64,000 bases of DNA from a virus, in the IMG/VR virus record IMGVR_UViG_3300010354_000053, positions 1-64,000 of that record; one strand, 5' to 3'. A program made the position numbers and the translations under genes. The number at the start of each line of letters is the position of its first letter. The stretch's first letter is position 1. This document shows, in pieces, positions 1-9,529 of this stretch. The notes beneath the pieces are model-generated. The model was given only the letters and a program-made list of their open reading frames with translations, was not told the DNA's origin and ran no database searches.

Positions 1-188
1 GTTAGAGGATTTTTAGCATTATTCCAAGTGGTTCCAAGAGCCGCTGATAAAGTTGGATATGCAGAGACATCAACTTCTGCACCATTGCATTCCAACCAAC
101 CTGCCGGCGTTGATGTACCGGCATATGGCATAATCATTCCTGCTGGAAAGTCTATAATTGTAAGTCCAGAAATTGCACTGTTAGACAT
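1..188 (-). CDS. Tail-collar domain protein (5' part; runs off the window edge)
   Basis: ATG at 188 reads MSNSAISGLTIIDFPAGMIMPYAGTSTPAGWLECNGAEV..YPTLSAALGTTW, a typical collar motif; not in the ORF track because it is truncated. Confidence 0.85.
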   Translation of the reverse strand, partial: MSNSAISGLTIIDFPAGMIMPYAGTSTPAGWLECNGAEVDVSAYPTLSAALGTTWNNAKNPL

Positions 189-191
189 TTT

Positions 192-995
192 CTACACCTT
201 AATAATATAGTGAACATTTATATTTAAAGGTCTTGTTTCATTATCACCATTACCCACTGTAACACTTTGAGCAGTTGCAGAGCCAGATGCTAATGAAATG
301 TTTGATGTCCCTAATGATTGGCCGCCAGCTGTATATGAAGATCCATGTGAGTGATTTGATGAACCGTATGTATCGACACGATTACCGAGCTGGCTTGACC
401 CATAACTTACTGGCGGAGAATAAACACCATTGCCGCCACCATCGTTCACGGGATTATTGCCAAACCCTAAAATCAATCCATTCATAACAATAGTTCCGCC
501 AGTATGACCGTGGTTTCCGCTAGAATCTGTTGATCCAGACACAGAACTTGCACCGTGACTATGACCAATATTTGTTGTACCGGAAACAGATGAAGATCCA
601 GCTGTTGCTGTCAAACCATTTTTAGCAGTAGCGTTAGTCTGTATACTACCAACATTATTGCCAGTATTACCACCAGTTGCAGCGGCAGTTCTTGCTGTTT
701 TATCTGGATCTCTGCCTGCTGTTCCGTCTACGCCACGCATAAATCGCCCACGAAAATCAGGTAAATTAAAAGTTGTAGAGTTATCGCCATAGCCATGAGC
801 AGTGCCAATTGCCGCAAACAAATTTGCGTAGGTTGTACGACTAATTGCCGAACCATCGCATAACAGCCAACCAGTTGGCGCAGTTCCACCACCAAATGGC
901 AATATAACACCAGATGGCATTAATTGAGCAATAGCGCCTGCAGCTTGCGACGAAGTTTGGTCTCCTATTGTTCCTAATAATGCTGCGTTTGCCAT
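192..995 (-). CDS. Phage tail-collar / short tail fibre protein
   Basis: PSGVILPFGGGTAPTGWLLCDG..YANLFAAIG..FNLPDFRGRF; HxH motifs; C-terminal ETRPLNINVHYIIK. Confidence 0.9.
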   Translation of the reverse strand: MANAALLGTIGDQTSSQAAGAIAQLMPSGVILPFGGGTAPTGWLLCDGSAISRTTYANLFAAIGTAHGYGDNSTTFNLPDFRGRFMRGVDGTAGRDPDKTARTAAATGGNTGNNVGSIQTNATAKNGLTATAGSSSVSGTTNIGHSHGASSVSGSTDSSGNHGHTGGTIVMNGLILGFGNNPVNDGGGNGVYSPPVSYGSSQLGNRVDTYGSSNHSHGSSYTAGGQSLGTSNISLASGSATAQSVTVGNGDNETRPLNINVHYIIKV

Positions 996-1004
996 TAGAT
1001 CCTC

Positions 1005-1724
1005 TTATAACTTAATAATGTAATTAAGAGCTAAAAATGCTGGTGTTGTTTCGATATCACCAGAAATTGTTTGAGCTGGGGTAGTTCCCGAAACAGAAAA
1101 TGTACTGTCATATGTAGTTGTATGGGTGTGATTTGCTGAAATGCCTCCGGTTGAAAGCCAGTGTGAGTGGTCAGTGCTTACACCCCCAGTGTTTGGATTA
1201 TATTGATTTGGCCCAGAATATGATCCTCCAAAAGATATACCCTGCCCACCAAAACCGCTATATACTTGAAATCCAGTGTTTGTGGAGTGAGTGTGGTTTG
1301 CACTAATGCCCCCACTTTGGCCCGAGTGGTAGTGATCCGAGCTAACTGTTCCGCTAGTTCTATCAAATTGATTTCTGTTACCAGAGGAAGATGTTGTAGA
1401 GGTAGAATTAGACAGTCCGTTTTTAGCAGTTTTTTGTCCGCCTTTTGCCGCCAAGACCCCACCAGCTGGTGTATGCCCCGTCACTCCACCATAATTTGCT
1501 GTCCCGTTCGTTCCGGTGCCTCGTGGATAAATACCACGCATATCAGGAACATTAAATGTTGATGAGTTATCGCCAACACCGTATGTAGTAGCAATAACGC
1601 CAAAAAGTTTTGAATATATTGTGCGACTAATAGCAGACCCATCACACAATGCCCAGCCTTCTGGCGCAGTCGAGCCGGCAAATGGTAATACTGTTCCGGT
1701 TGGTGCAATCCCTAAAAATGCCAT
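1005..1724 (-). CDS. Phage tail-collar / short tail fibre protein
   Basis: Collar motif plus four HxH motifs; likely start is the ATG at 1724 overlapping the upstream TAA (TAATG); paralog of 12839..13537. Confidence 0.9.
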   Translation of the reverse strand: MAFLGIAPTGTVLPFAGSTAPEGWALCDGSAISRTIYSKLFGVIATTYGVGDNSSTFNVPDMRGIYPRGTGTNGTANYGGVTGHTPAGGVLAAKGGQKTAKNGLSNSTSTTSSSGNRNQFDRTSGTVSSDHYHSGQSGGISANHTHSTNTGFQVYSGFGGQGISFGGSYSGPNQYNPNTGGVSTDHSHWLSTGGISANHTHTTTYDSTFSVSGTTPAQTISGDIETTPAFLALNYIIKL

Positions 1725-3565
1725 TAGAACATCTCCCAAGATGTACCGTTACTTACTAAATAGCAAGATTCGTTTTGAAATAGGCTAATTGTTAAAGCAC
1801 CATCGATAGTTTCCGAACCATCGGCATCAATTGTCAAAACTTGGCCAGCATTTAGCCTACTTTTTACAATAAAAATTTTACCGGATACAGTCGATGCCAC
1901 AGGCAAATTGATTGTGTAACCAGCTGCGCCCGAAGCTGACACATAATAATCAGAAGGTGTGATTGTGTATGTTCCTGTAACTGCTCTATAATTTGCTACT
2001 ATATTATTTCCGCCAACAGTTAACGGAAATGTTGCGCCAACGGCTGGAGCATTTAATGCAAAATTAACACTTGCATTAGTAAATCCTGCAATATTTGGCA
2101 GTGTGATTTGGATCAAACCCAAAGTAGTGATAGTTATATTAAATCCAAGAGGCGGAACATCGCCCATTGTTTGATAGCCAATTATATAATCAGTGCCCAT
2201 GCCGTTTTTAGCAAACTGGGCCTGAACATAAAAACGATAATCTGTTCCAGCATCTAAATGAACCCAACCAACTAATTCGCCGGCATCATAAGTAGATACT
2301 GTTTGAATTGTTGTTATTGCATTATTAGATAACGAAATTTGTGTTCTAGCGTTTGCGCCGCCAACAACAGAGCCACGCATGTTATAAAAATCTATAGCGG
2401 TCGTTGTGCGAGCAACTCCTACGGGCTTTGAAACTTGCCCAATAACGGAAGGAGCGGTCGTAGTTATTTTACCGGCAGTTGTTGGCGATAAAAAATATGC
2501 TTCACCAGAAATAAGAGCCCCACCACCTTCAATAAGATTTGCTCCTACTGATGCAACTTCGCCTCCTAAACATATATAAAATGTATTTACGTCAATAATT
2601 TCGTAAATAAGACCTGCTACTTCTGCTGTATTTGTTGCATCGGCTTTAGCATATGCGTATGTAGAACCATTTAGATATACCGGTCTTCCAATGTCGGCAG
2701 ATGTAAATCCATGTAATGCTTGAGTTACCTGTGCAATAGTATTTGCTACACCAATTTTAGTTTCTTCGGCGGCGGAATTTTGTGCATAAAGAGCACCGTC
2801 TGGTTTAAAATAAAGCCTTGTATATCCGGCGTTTGGTGAAGATGGTGTTGTTTCGTTGAGCAAATCAAAATAAGCAGTTCCAGCAGTGCCTGTGCCTTTC
2901 AATGTGAGAAAAGTAAATGCTCCGGAACTAGCAGTAGTTGCACCAATAGAAGAAGAGTTAATAGTTTTATTAGTTAAAGCTTCTGCGCCGGCAAGTGTCG
3001 CAAGAGTACCGGATGTTGGTAATGTAACACTTGTTGATGCAGTTGTAGTTAACGTAATATTATTAGAACCGTAACTAAATAAACCGGTATTATTAATTCC
3101 AGTACCGCCTCTTATTGGCGATAATTGTGCCTCACCAGCTAATGAATTAGTAGCACTCCAATATGCAACGTAATTTGCTGTTCCGGTTCCAAGAGCAATC
3201 GAGCCATCTAAATTGGGGATTGTTAAAGTTCTTGAAGTATTATTACTAATTCCAGATAGTTGGAAATATAGTTTTTTAGTGGGGTCTGTTTCATCAACAA
3301 AATATACGGAGCTGTCTTCTAGTGCGGTAGATGTTAATGTTCCACCAGTACCAGTTGTTAAAGCCGGAGCCCATGCAGAAACACTGGATGCATATTTAAT
3401 ATAAAGAGTGCCGTTAGATCGAAGGTATAAAGACCCGGTCGGGACGCCAAGAGAAAGCGTAGTTGGGTCCGCTGACCCTGTTTCAATGTATGCGGCTTCG
3501 CCAAGTTTTAGCTTAGATTTTAATGCCTTGACATAATCGCCATTAAATATAACAGCGCCGCTCAT
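1724..3565 (-). CDS. Mosaic tail fibre / virion protein (613 aa)
   Basis: Thr/Ser/Gly-rich; first ~225 aa highly similar to 13539..15383; contains the shared ~240-aa core domain. Confidence 0.75.
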   Translation of the reverse strand: MSGAVIFNGDYVKALKSKLKLGEAAYIETGSADPTTLSLGVPTGSLYLRSNGTLYIKYASSVSAWAPALTTGTGGTLTSTALEDSSVYFVDETDPTKKLYFQLSGISNNTSRTLTIPNLDGSIALGTGTANYVAYWSATNSLAGEAQLSPIRGGTGINNTGLFSYGSNNITLTTTASTSVTLPTSGTLATLAGAEALTNKTINSSSIGATTASSGAFTFLTLKGTGTAGTAYFDLLNETTPSSPNAGYTRLYFKPDGALYAQNSAAEETKIGVANTIAQVTQALHGFTSADIGRPVYLNGSTYAYAKADATNTAEVAGLIYEIIDVNTFYICLGGEVASVGANLIEGGGALISGEAYFLSPTTAGKITTTAPSVIGQVSKPVGVARTTTAIDFYNMRGSVVGGANARTQISLSNNAITTIQTVSTYDAGELVGWVHLDAGTDYRFYVQAQFAKNGMGTDYIIGYQTMGDVPPLGFNITITTLGLIQITLPNIAGFTNASVNFALNAPAVGATFPLTVGGNNIVANYRAVTGTYTITPSDYYVSASGAAGYTINLPVASTVSGKIFIVKSRLNAGQVLTIDADGSETIDGALTISLFQNESCYLVSNGTSWEMF

Positions 3566-3591
3566 AGTAGTTGCCCTTAGTTATTTTTAAA

Positions 3592-3629
3592 GTGGCTTTC
3601 GCCAGTAATTGCTATTAAATTGTAACACA
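3592..3629 (-). promoter_or_regulatory. Extended -10-like promoter (TGTGTTACAAT) followed by a small TGGC-GAAA-GCCA hairpin
   Basis: Same two elements with identical spacing at 15455..15492, upstream of the paralogous gene. Confidence 0.55.
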
Positions 3630-3637
3630 AGATGTAT

Positions 3638-4324
3638 TTATAACGAATATGCTTTAACTATTATATATATCCATCCAGTTGTTGAAGCACTGTTAACTCC
3701 TGCTAAATCGTAATACAAAGTGCGACCGTTGCATGGAGCTATTACGCTAGACCACCATTGTCCTTGATATGGGGTGAACGTATCACCATCTCCATGATGA
3801 GTCATACAGACTACATTACGAGTACCGATTCCAGCACTAAAATAGGTACTGGGTTGTGTGCCTCGTGGAGCGACCCAGCTTGTTAGACTGCTTATTGCAG
3901 ATCTGCTAAAAGAAAGATTAAAATGATCCGTTAAACTTGCAGTTAAAAAAACATCCGCCAGAATATATCTGGCGTTGTTTGGCACAGATGAAGGATTTAT
4001 TGTAACTGAGCTACTAACGGGCCCAGTAAAAGACCATTCGGTGTATGCTGGTGTAACTTCTACCCAAGAAATAATATTATTACCATTTTGTTGAATATTA
4101 TTCAAAACTGACAAGTTACCAGTTTCTGAAATTGATGTTGTTGTGGTTCCAGATGAATTTTTAATATTTATAGCTGATGCTGTGTTTGCCTGTATTTCGT
4201 TAGTTTTTAAACCATCATTAAATGATTTGTTGCCAGCAAAAGTTTGTTGAGTAATTGATACTAAGCCTGGGCGATCTGTCGTTGATATTCCTTTTGATTC
4301 ATTATCAATAACCGTACTGGACAT
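3638..4324 (-). CDS. Small tail-fibre/adhesin-like protein, paralog of 4332..5027
   Basis: GLVS.T.QTFAGNKSF N-terminal motif; ~210 bp nearly identical to the neighbouring gene. Confidence 0.65.
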   Translation of the reverse strand: MSSTVIDNESKGISTTDRPGLVSITQQTFAGNKSFNDGLKTNEIQANTASAINIKNSSGTTTTSISETGNLSVLNNIQQNGNNIISWVEVTPAYTEWSFTGPVSSSVTINPSSVPNNARYILADVFLTASLTDHFNLSFSRSAISSLTSWVAPRGTQPSTYFSAGIGTRNVVCMTHHGDGDTFTPYQGQWWSSVIAPCNGRTLYYDLAGVNSASTTGWIYIIVKAYSL

Positions 4325-4973
4325 AGATTCCTCAGATTGAATAAGCTTTGATAATTATATAAAGCCATCCGCTGCTTCCGCTATTACCATAATTTCCAAA
4401 ATACATAGTTCTGCCGTCAACTGGTATATTTTGCGATGGATACCATATTCCATAATACGGGCTATATCCATCTGATTCCCCAGAATAAGTTAATAGTACG
4501 GCCTGTCGCGCTAAACCGCTACCAAAAGTAGTGGACGGCTGCTGGCCTCTTGAATTAACCCATGAATATTGATTTGTAAGAGCAGTTCTAGACAAAACAA
4601 AATTTTGGTGATCACCGTAAGTTTGTCCTGGAACTACAGTAGAAGTCGCAAAAACATCTGCAAGAATGTATCTTGTGTTCGCAGGAATAGCTGTGGTCAA
4701 ATTTATTGACTGAGATGTCACACTGCCTGAAAAAGACCACTCTAAATAATAGGGGGTAATTTCTACCCAAGAAATAATATTATTGCCATTTTGTTGAATA
4801 TTATTCAAAACTGACAAGTTACCAGTTTCTGAAATTGTTGCAGTTGTAGTTCCAGATGAATTTTTTATGGCTATTTGCGCAGATGTGTTTGCCTGTATTT
4901 CGTTAGTTTTTAAACCATCATTAAATGATTTGTTACCAGCAAAAGTTTGTTGAGTAGTTGATACTAAACCTGG
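4058..4973. repeat. ~210-bp direct repeat (about 4058-4270 and 4761-4973) in tandem paralogs
   Basis: Both copies encode QTFAGNKSFNDGLKTNEIQANT..IKNSSGTTT..ISETGNLSVLNNIQQNGNNIISWVE with long runs of identical DNA. Confidence 0.9.
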
Positions 4974-5027
4974 CTGAGTGTTTGTCGCTGTGCTTATTTT
5001 TTGTTGAGTTAAATTTGTTGATGACAT
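4332..5027 (-). CDS. Small tail-fibre/adhesin-like protein, paralog of 3638..4324
   Basis: Shared N-terminal region; related but diverged C-terminal domain (RYILADVF..SWV..RG.QPST.F..GW.YII.KAYS). Confidence 0.65.
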   Translation of the reverse strand: MSSTNLTQQKISTATNTQPGLVSTTQQTFAGNKSFNDGLKTNEIQANTSAQIAIKNSSGTTTATISETGNLSVLNNIQQNGNNIISWVEITPYYLEWSFSGSVTSQSINLTTAIPANTRYILADVFATSTVVPGQTYGDHQNFVLSRTALTNQYSWVNSRGQQPSTTFGSGLARQAVLLTYSGESDGYSPYYGIWYPSQNIPVDGRTMYFGNYGNSGSSGWLYIIIKAYSI

Positions 5028-5030
5028 TTT

Positions 5031-5531
5031 TTATCCTAAAATTTCTGTTATAACCATGTTGGATGTACGGTTGGGATGTCCAAAACGACACGTTGTTGAA
5101 CCCGGGGTTCCTATTCCGCTTGCTCTGATCCAAACAGCAAATTGTAAAATTTGTCCGGCTGAATAAGAAACCGGCGATGATCCAAACAAAGTAAAACCAG
5201 ATGAGGTCCACTGATCAGTATCTATATCCGCATAAGATCCTATTCCATGAGAATCACAGGAGGGGCCCATAGCAAAATCGCTCCAAGCGCTTGCGGTAGT
5301 TAGATTTCTAACCATTATTTTAGCAGTAAAACCATAAGTCGCTGCTCGTGAATTTATTAGTGCAGTGCCGCTCACAAGAAATTTAGAGTTAGTTATTATT
5401 GGTGTAATTTGACAAGTCAGGCCAGATATTATATACGTAGCTCCTGATGTTGTAGAATCTGAAATACTCACACTGTTTTGCACAGTTTGCAACACTTGTC
5501 CAGTTTGCGCTAAAAGAGGTGTGTTTGCCAT
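5031..5531 (-). CDS. Putative tail fibre tip / virion protein
   Basis: GQVLQTVQ..SGLTCQITP..SKFLV..MVITEI pattern common in phage fibre C-terminal domains; genomic context. Confidence 0.55.
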   Translation of the reverse strand: MANTPLLAQTGQVLQTVQNSVSISDSTTSGATYIISGLTCQITPIITNSKFLVSGTALINSRAATYGFTAKIMVRNLTTASAWSDFAMGPSCDSHGIGSYADIDTDQWTSSGFTLFGSSPVSYSAGQILQFAVWIRASGIGTPGSTTCRFGHPNRTSNMVITEILG

Positions 5532-5546
5532 AATTTACCCTTTCGA

Positions 5547-6884
5547 TTAATCTGTATAATATGCACCAGCAATGTGAACATTCAAGGTGCCGTTGGTTGC
5601 GTTAATCACACCTGCGGTTCCACCACCGGTCGGCATTGTATGTCCATACAAAAAATTAGAGGGATTAATGAGCCAGCCTGAGCAATAATGGCCTGCAGAC
5701 CAAGTTAAACCATTTCCATATGACATAGTAAATGCTGAATATGTTGCGTTCCATGCATTACCTGCATTTGATGCGGCTCTTGGGTATGGCAGATTACCAA
5801 TTCGCAATTCTCCGGCTGCTCCGGACATTGTGCCATTAAGATTAATAAATAAATAAACAAGTTTACCGATTTTAATGTAATATCCACCGGTTTGCGTTGC
5901 ATTTGGGGTCCATGTTCCGGCAGTAGATGCCCCATAAAAAGATGGTGCAAAAACGCCCTCTTCATAATCATCCAAATTATTTGGATCTGAACTAACAATC
6001 ATTGTTGCTGGAAATTGAATTCCAGCATTTAGTGTTAGTAAGCTTGACTGAATTTGTAAAGGTAACGATGCGCCAACTGCTGGCCCATTTAAACTAAACT
6101 GAGCAATCGCACTGCTGAAACCAGCAATTGATGGCAACGTAACCTGAACTAATCCGCCAGATGTAACAGAAATATTAAATCCAGTTGGACGTGTGTCGCC
6201 AGAAGTTTGATAACTAACCCAATAGTCTGTTCCGTCGCCCTTTTTAGTTATCTGCGCTTTAAAGTGAAAACGATATTTATCGGTCGCATTAATGTAAATC
6301 CAACCAGCAAGTTCTACGCTGTCGTAGGCTGCAGCATTTTGAATTGTGGTTGTATTGTTATTTGTAAGAACAATTTGCGTATAAGTATTTGAGCCACCAA
6401 CCGTGCTGCCGCGCATATTAAAGAAATCTAACGCGGTTGTTGTTCTTGCAATTCCAATTGGTTTTGATATATTCCCAACAACAGTTGGTGATGTTGTTGT
6501 AATTTTACCCGCAGTTGTGGCGGACAAAAAGTAAGCTTCTCCGGCGGTGAGAGTTGCTGATCCGCCTTCAATTAAATTTGCACCAATTGCTGGTATTTCG
6601 CCACCCAAACAAATTTGAAATGTATCTGCATCAACAATTTTATTAATTAAACCTGCAACTTCGGCAGTAGCCTCTAAATCGGCTTTTGCAAATGCATATG
6701 CAGATCCGCTTAAATATAATGGCCTACCAACATCAGCAGCAACAAAGCCGTGTGCAACTTGAGTGACTTGTACAACAGAACCGCCGCCGAACGAAAGTTC
6801 TCGTATATCGGCTCCATTGACGACACCACGTTGTGTTTCTGTTGCAACAGTATACTGAGATGGCTGATAGGTTGAATTAGGCAT
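5547..6884 (-). CDS. Mosaic tail fibre protein (shared core domain plus LDDYEEG-type C-terminal head)
   Basis: Core domain followed by DPNNLDDYEEG.F.P..GYYIKIGKLV..I.NLPY, a common phage fibre tip motif. Confidence 0.75.
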   Translation of the reverse strand: MPNSTYQPSQYTVATETQRGVVNGADIRELSFGGGSVVQVTQVAHGFVAADVGRPLYLSGSAYAFAKADLEATAEVAGLINKIVDADTFQICLGGEIPAIGANLIEGGSATLTAGEAYFLSATTAGKITTTSPTVVGNISKPIGIARTTTALDFFNMRGSTVGGSNTYTQIVLTNNNTTTIQNAAAYDSVELAGWIYINATDKYRFHFKAQITKKGDGTDYWVSYQTSGDTRPTGFNISVTSGGLVQVTLPSIAGFSSAIAQFSLNGPAVGASLPLQIQSSLLTLNAGIQFPATMIVSSDPNNLDDYEEGVFAPSFYGASTAGTWTPNATQTGGYYIKIGKLVYLFINLNGTMSGAAGELRIGNLPYPRAASNAGNAWNATYSAFTMSYGNGLTWSAGHYCSGWLINPSNFLYGHTMPTGGGTAGVINATNGTLNVHIAGAYYTD

Positions 6885-7134
6885 TAGGCGCTACCTGTTC
6901 GTTGTTAGTTAATACCCATCCGTTTGCAATCGCTAGATCGACCATTTCTTCTTTTGATTGAGGAATTTGAATTGATTGTTCTAAGCATTTTGCAACACAA
7001 ATTTGCACAATTTCATCAATCGCAATTCGTGCCCTGTTTTTAACTGCATTATCTGCCCATTCTTGCGGAGATGCGCAAACGGTCTGTAGAGCTTTTTGTT
7101 CAGTTTCTGTAATTTCAATAATTATTGTTGGCAT
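6877..7134 (-). CDS. Small hypothetical protein, possible fibre-associated/chaperone protein
   Basis: AAGGAG RBS before the ATG at 7134; SPQEWADNAVKNRARIAIDEIV motif; lies directly after a C1q gene. Confidence 0.6.
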   Translation of the reverse strand: MPTIIIEITETEQKALQTVCASPQEWADNAVKNRARIAIDEIVQICVAKCLEQSIQIPQSKEEMVDLAIANGWVLTNNEQVAPNA

Positions 7135-7144
7135 ATTTATCTCC

Positions 7145-7669
7145 TTAACCAATTAAATAGCCGTGAAACCATTCATATGAACGATTATTGTATGAAGCGC
7201 ACGTCGAGTCATACACATAAATATCAACGTAATCATTTGCGTTTAAAAATAAAATAGCAGCGCAAGAACCAGACCCATACGTAGATTTTTCATCTAAACG
7301 CAAATGCCTACTGTCAAGTGCTTGTGTGCCATTTACTCTGATACTCTGTCTGTGAACAGAATCTAAAATATTTCCAATTTTAATAGCCGCCCACTCAAAA
7401 TAATATGCTCCTGTAATTGGAGCAGTAAATCTGCTGGTAGCAAGAGAAAATGCTGACCCTATATTTAGATATATAGAATCATATTGTTGTTGAGTGTTAT
7501 TTGATGCACTTAAAGAAGAAGAAACATTAAATACAATTCTATTCGGCGTTAATATTTGTCCATTAAATGTTTTATTACCGGCAAACATTTGCGTCGTAGT
7601 ACTAACTAGCCCGCTTTGAGAATCGGTGGCTAATCCTAGAGATTGTTGGCTAACTATTGATGATGGCAT
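7145..7669 (-). CDS. C1q-like domain virion protein
   Basis: NIGSAF..ATSRFTAPITGAYYF..LNANDYVDI..FHGYLIG is the C1q/TNF-like signature. Confidence 0.8.
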   Translation of the reverse strand: MPSSIVSQQSLGLATDSQSGLVSTTTQMFAGNKTFNGQILTPNRIVFNVSSSLSASNNTQQQYDSIYLNIGSAFSLATSRFTAPITGAYYFEWAAIKIGNILDSVHRQSIRVNGTQALDSRHLRLDEKSTYGSGSCAAILFLNANDYVDIYVYDSTCASYNNRSYEWFHGYLIG

Positions 7670-7679
7670 ATTTTATTTC

Positions 7680-8018
7680 CTATACTGCAGACCAACTGCC
7701 CCAAGTGGTTCCTGATGTACTAACTCTTTTTTGAAATTGATTATCATTTAAAAATGCTAATTGCCACACGGGCCCCCCCGTGAAATCTGTTGTTGTGCCG
7801 TATGGCCTAAAAGTCATTAATCCAACATAACCAGTTCCAGGAGCGCCTGAAATACCAATTGTTGTACCTAATTTAAAATCATATGTAACGCCCGGAATAT
7901 AATCTTGCGGGTTGGTATTTACATTACGCGTATCTGGAGACGCTACACGTTTTACTGTGCCCTCTGTAACCAAATTATCAATCGACGCTTGATTAATTAT
8001 CAAGGGTACGTTAGCCAT
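7680..8018 (-). CDS. Small fibre-tip-like protein
   Basis: DTRNVN..P..FK....G..GYVGLMTFRPY..GG..WQLAF..R....TWGSW motif seen in phage fibres. Confidence 0.55.
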   Translation of the reverse strand: MANVPLIINQASIDNLVTEGTVKRVASPDTRNVNTNPQDYIPGVTYDFKLGTTIGISGAPGTGYVGLMTFRPYGTTTDFTGGPVWQLAFLNDNQFQKRVSTSGTTWGSWSAV

Positions 8019-8033
8019 TGGTAGTTACTCCCT

Positions 8034-9467
8034 TTACGCGATCCGTTTAAAATAAACACGCACACGACTTCCATCAGCCCCATTCAGCGATGGTAAAGTT
8101 GCTGGAAACGAAATATCAACATACTGTTTACCGTCTGCATTAGGCGTACCTCGAATTTGAGCTAACGGCGCATTAACCCCGTTACGCGCATGTCCCGAGC
8201 CTGAAATAAATGTAATTGCGACCGATTCTGATGAATTTGTTGCATATCCAAACATATATGCTGGACCATAACTCCATGTAAATTGATACACCGGCGAGCT
8301 ATTATATGTCGATTGATAGATAAATAGCATATAAACACCAGCTGGCATATTACTGCTATTTGCAATAGGATAATAAGTATTTGCGTTATAAGTTCCACTA
8401 AGTTCTACGGAATATGCATCTGACATACCACCAGTTAATTTAAGACCCGGAAGTGTTTCAATTTGTGTACCTGTGGCGGTTATTAAATTTGTTCCAGTTG
8501 ATGATTTAACTGCAATTCCGCTGGTATCTTTAGCCTGAACCGTGCTAAAGCTAACATTTGTGCTTTCGATTTGAAGTGGAAGGCTTACTCCAACTGCAGG
8601 ACCGTTCAAACTAAATTGCGCAATTGCACTGGTAAATCCAGACATGGATGGCAATGTTACTTGAACTAGTCCGCCAGTTGTTACAGAAATATTAAATCCG
8701 GTTGGTGGTGTATCACCAGATGTTTGATAGCTAATCAGGTAGTCTGTAGCATCGCCTTTTTTAGTTACTTGCGCTTTAAAATGAAAGCGGTATTTAGCCG
8801 TTGCGTTGATATACATCCAGCCAGCAAGTTCAACGCTGTCATAGGCTACAGCGTTTTGAATTGTGGTCGTCGTATTATTTGCTAATGAAATCTGTGTATA
8901 AACATTAGATCCACCAATTGCAGATCCTCGCATATTAAAAAAATCTAACGCTGCGGTTGTTCTTGCAATTCCAAGCGGTTTAGAAATTTGACCAACTATA
9001 GACGGCGCAGCGGCACTAATTTTTCCAGCAGAGGTGGCAGATAAAAAGTAAACTGTACCAGGGACTAAAGAACCGCCGCCCTCAAGTGTGTTTGCGCCGA
9101 CTGCGGCAATTTCGCCACTTAAACATACTTCAAATATATTTGTATCAATAATTTTACTAATTAAGCCTGCAACTTCAGCCGTGGCTTCCAAATCTGCTTT
9201 TGCTAATGTATAAGTTGAACTGTTTAGATAAAGGGGTCTACCTACATCTGCAGCCACAAATCCATGTGATGCTTGAGTAACTTGGACCACAGAACCACCA
9301 GAACCCACTGATGTTTCGGTGCCCGTAGCCGCGCTTAGTGTATATAATTTTCCGTCAGCCTTTGCATAAACTTGCACACCAGTAGCGGGTGCAGATCCTG
9401 GTGTTGTTGTTGGGTTTAAAACAATGCTGTCAGCAAATGTTTGTTTTGCCCAATTAATAGCTGACAT
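8034..9467 (-). CDS. Mosaic tail fibre protein (shared core domain plus unique head)
   Basis: Core domain most similar to the copy in 5547..6884; different C-terminus. Confidence 0.75.
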   Translation of the reverse strand: MSAINWAKQTFADSIVLNPTTTPGSAPATGVQVYAKADGKLYTLSAATGTETSVGSGGSVVQVTQASHGFVAADVGRPLYLNSSTYTLAKADLEATAEVAGLISKIIDTNIFEVCLSGEIAAVGANTLEGGGSLVPGTVYFLSATSAGKISAAAPSIVGQISKPLGIARTTAALDFFNMRGSAIGGSNVYTQISLANNTTTTIQNAVAYDSVELAGWMYINATAKYRFHFKAQVTKKGDATDYLISYQTSGDTPPTGFNISVTTGGLVQVTLPSMSGFTSAIAQFSLNGPAVGVSLPLQIESTNVSFSTVQAKDTSGIAVKSSTGTNLITATGTQIETLPGLKLTGGMSDAYSVELSGTYNANTYYPIANSSNMPAGVYMLFIYQSTYNSSPVYQFTWSYGPAYMFGYATNSSESVAITFISGSGHARNGVNAPLAQIRGTPNADGKQYVDISFPATLPSLNGADGSRVRVYFKRIA

Positions 9468-9529
9468 AGATCAAATTACTCCATAAAATGATAGATTAAT
9501 ATCAAAAAGAAATGCATCCATCATGTTTT

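Noticed and set aside
186-194. Amber readthrough or TAG recoding fusing two collar genes (TAG-AAA-ATG in frame)
   Set aside because: The same 3-nt spacing occurs with TAA at 5028-5033, other TAG stops are out of frame with the next gene, and long ORFs are intact in code 11
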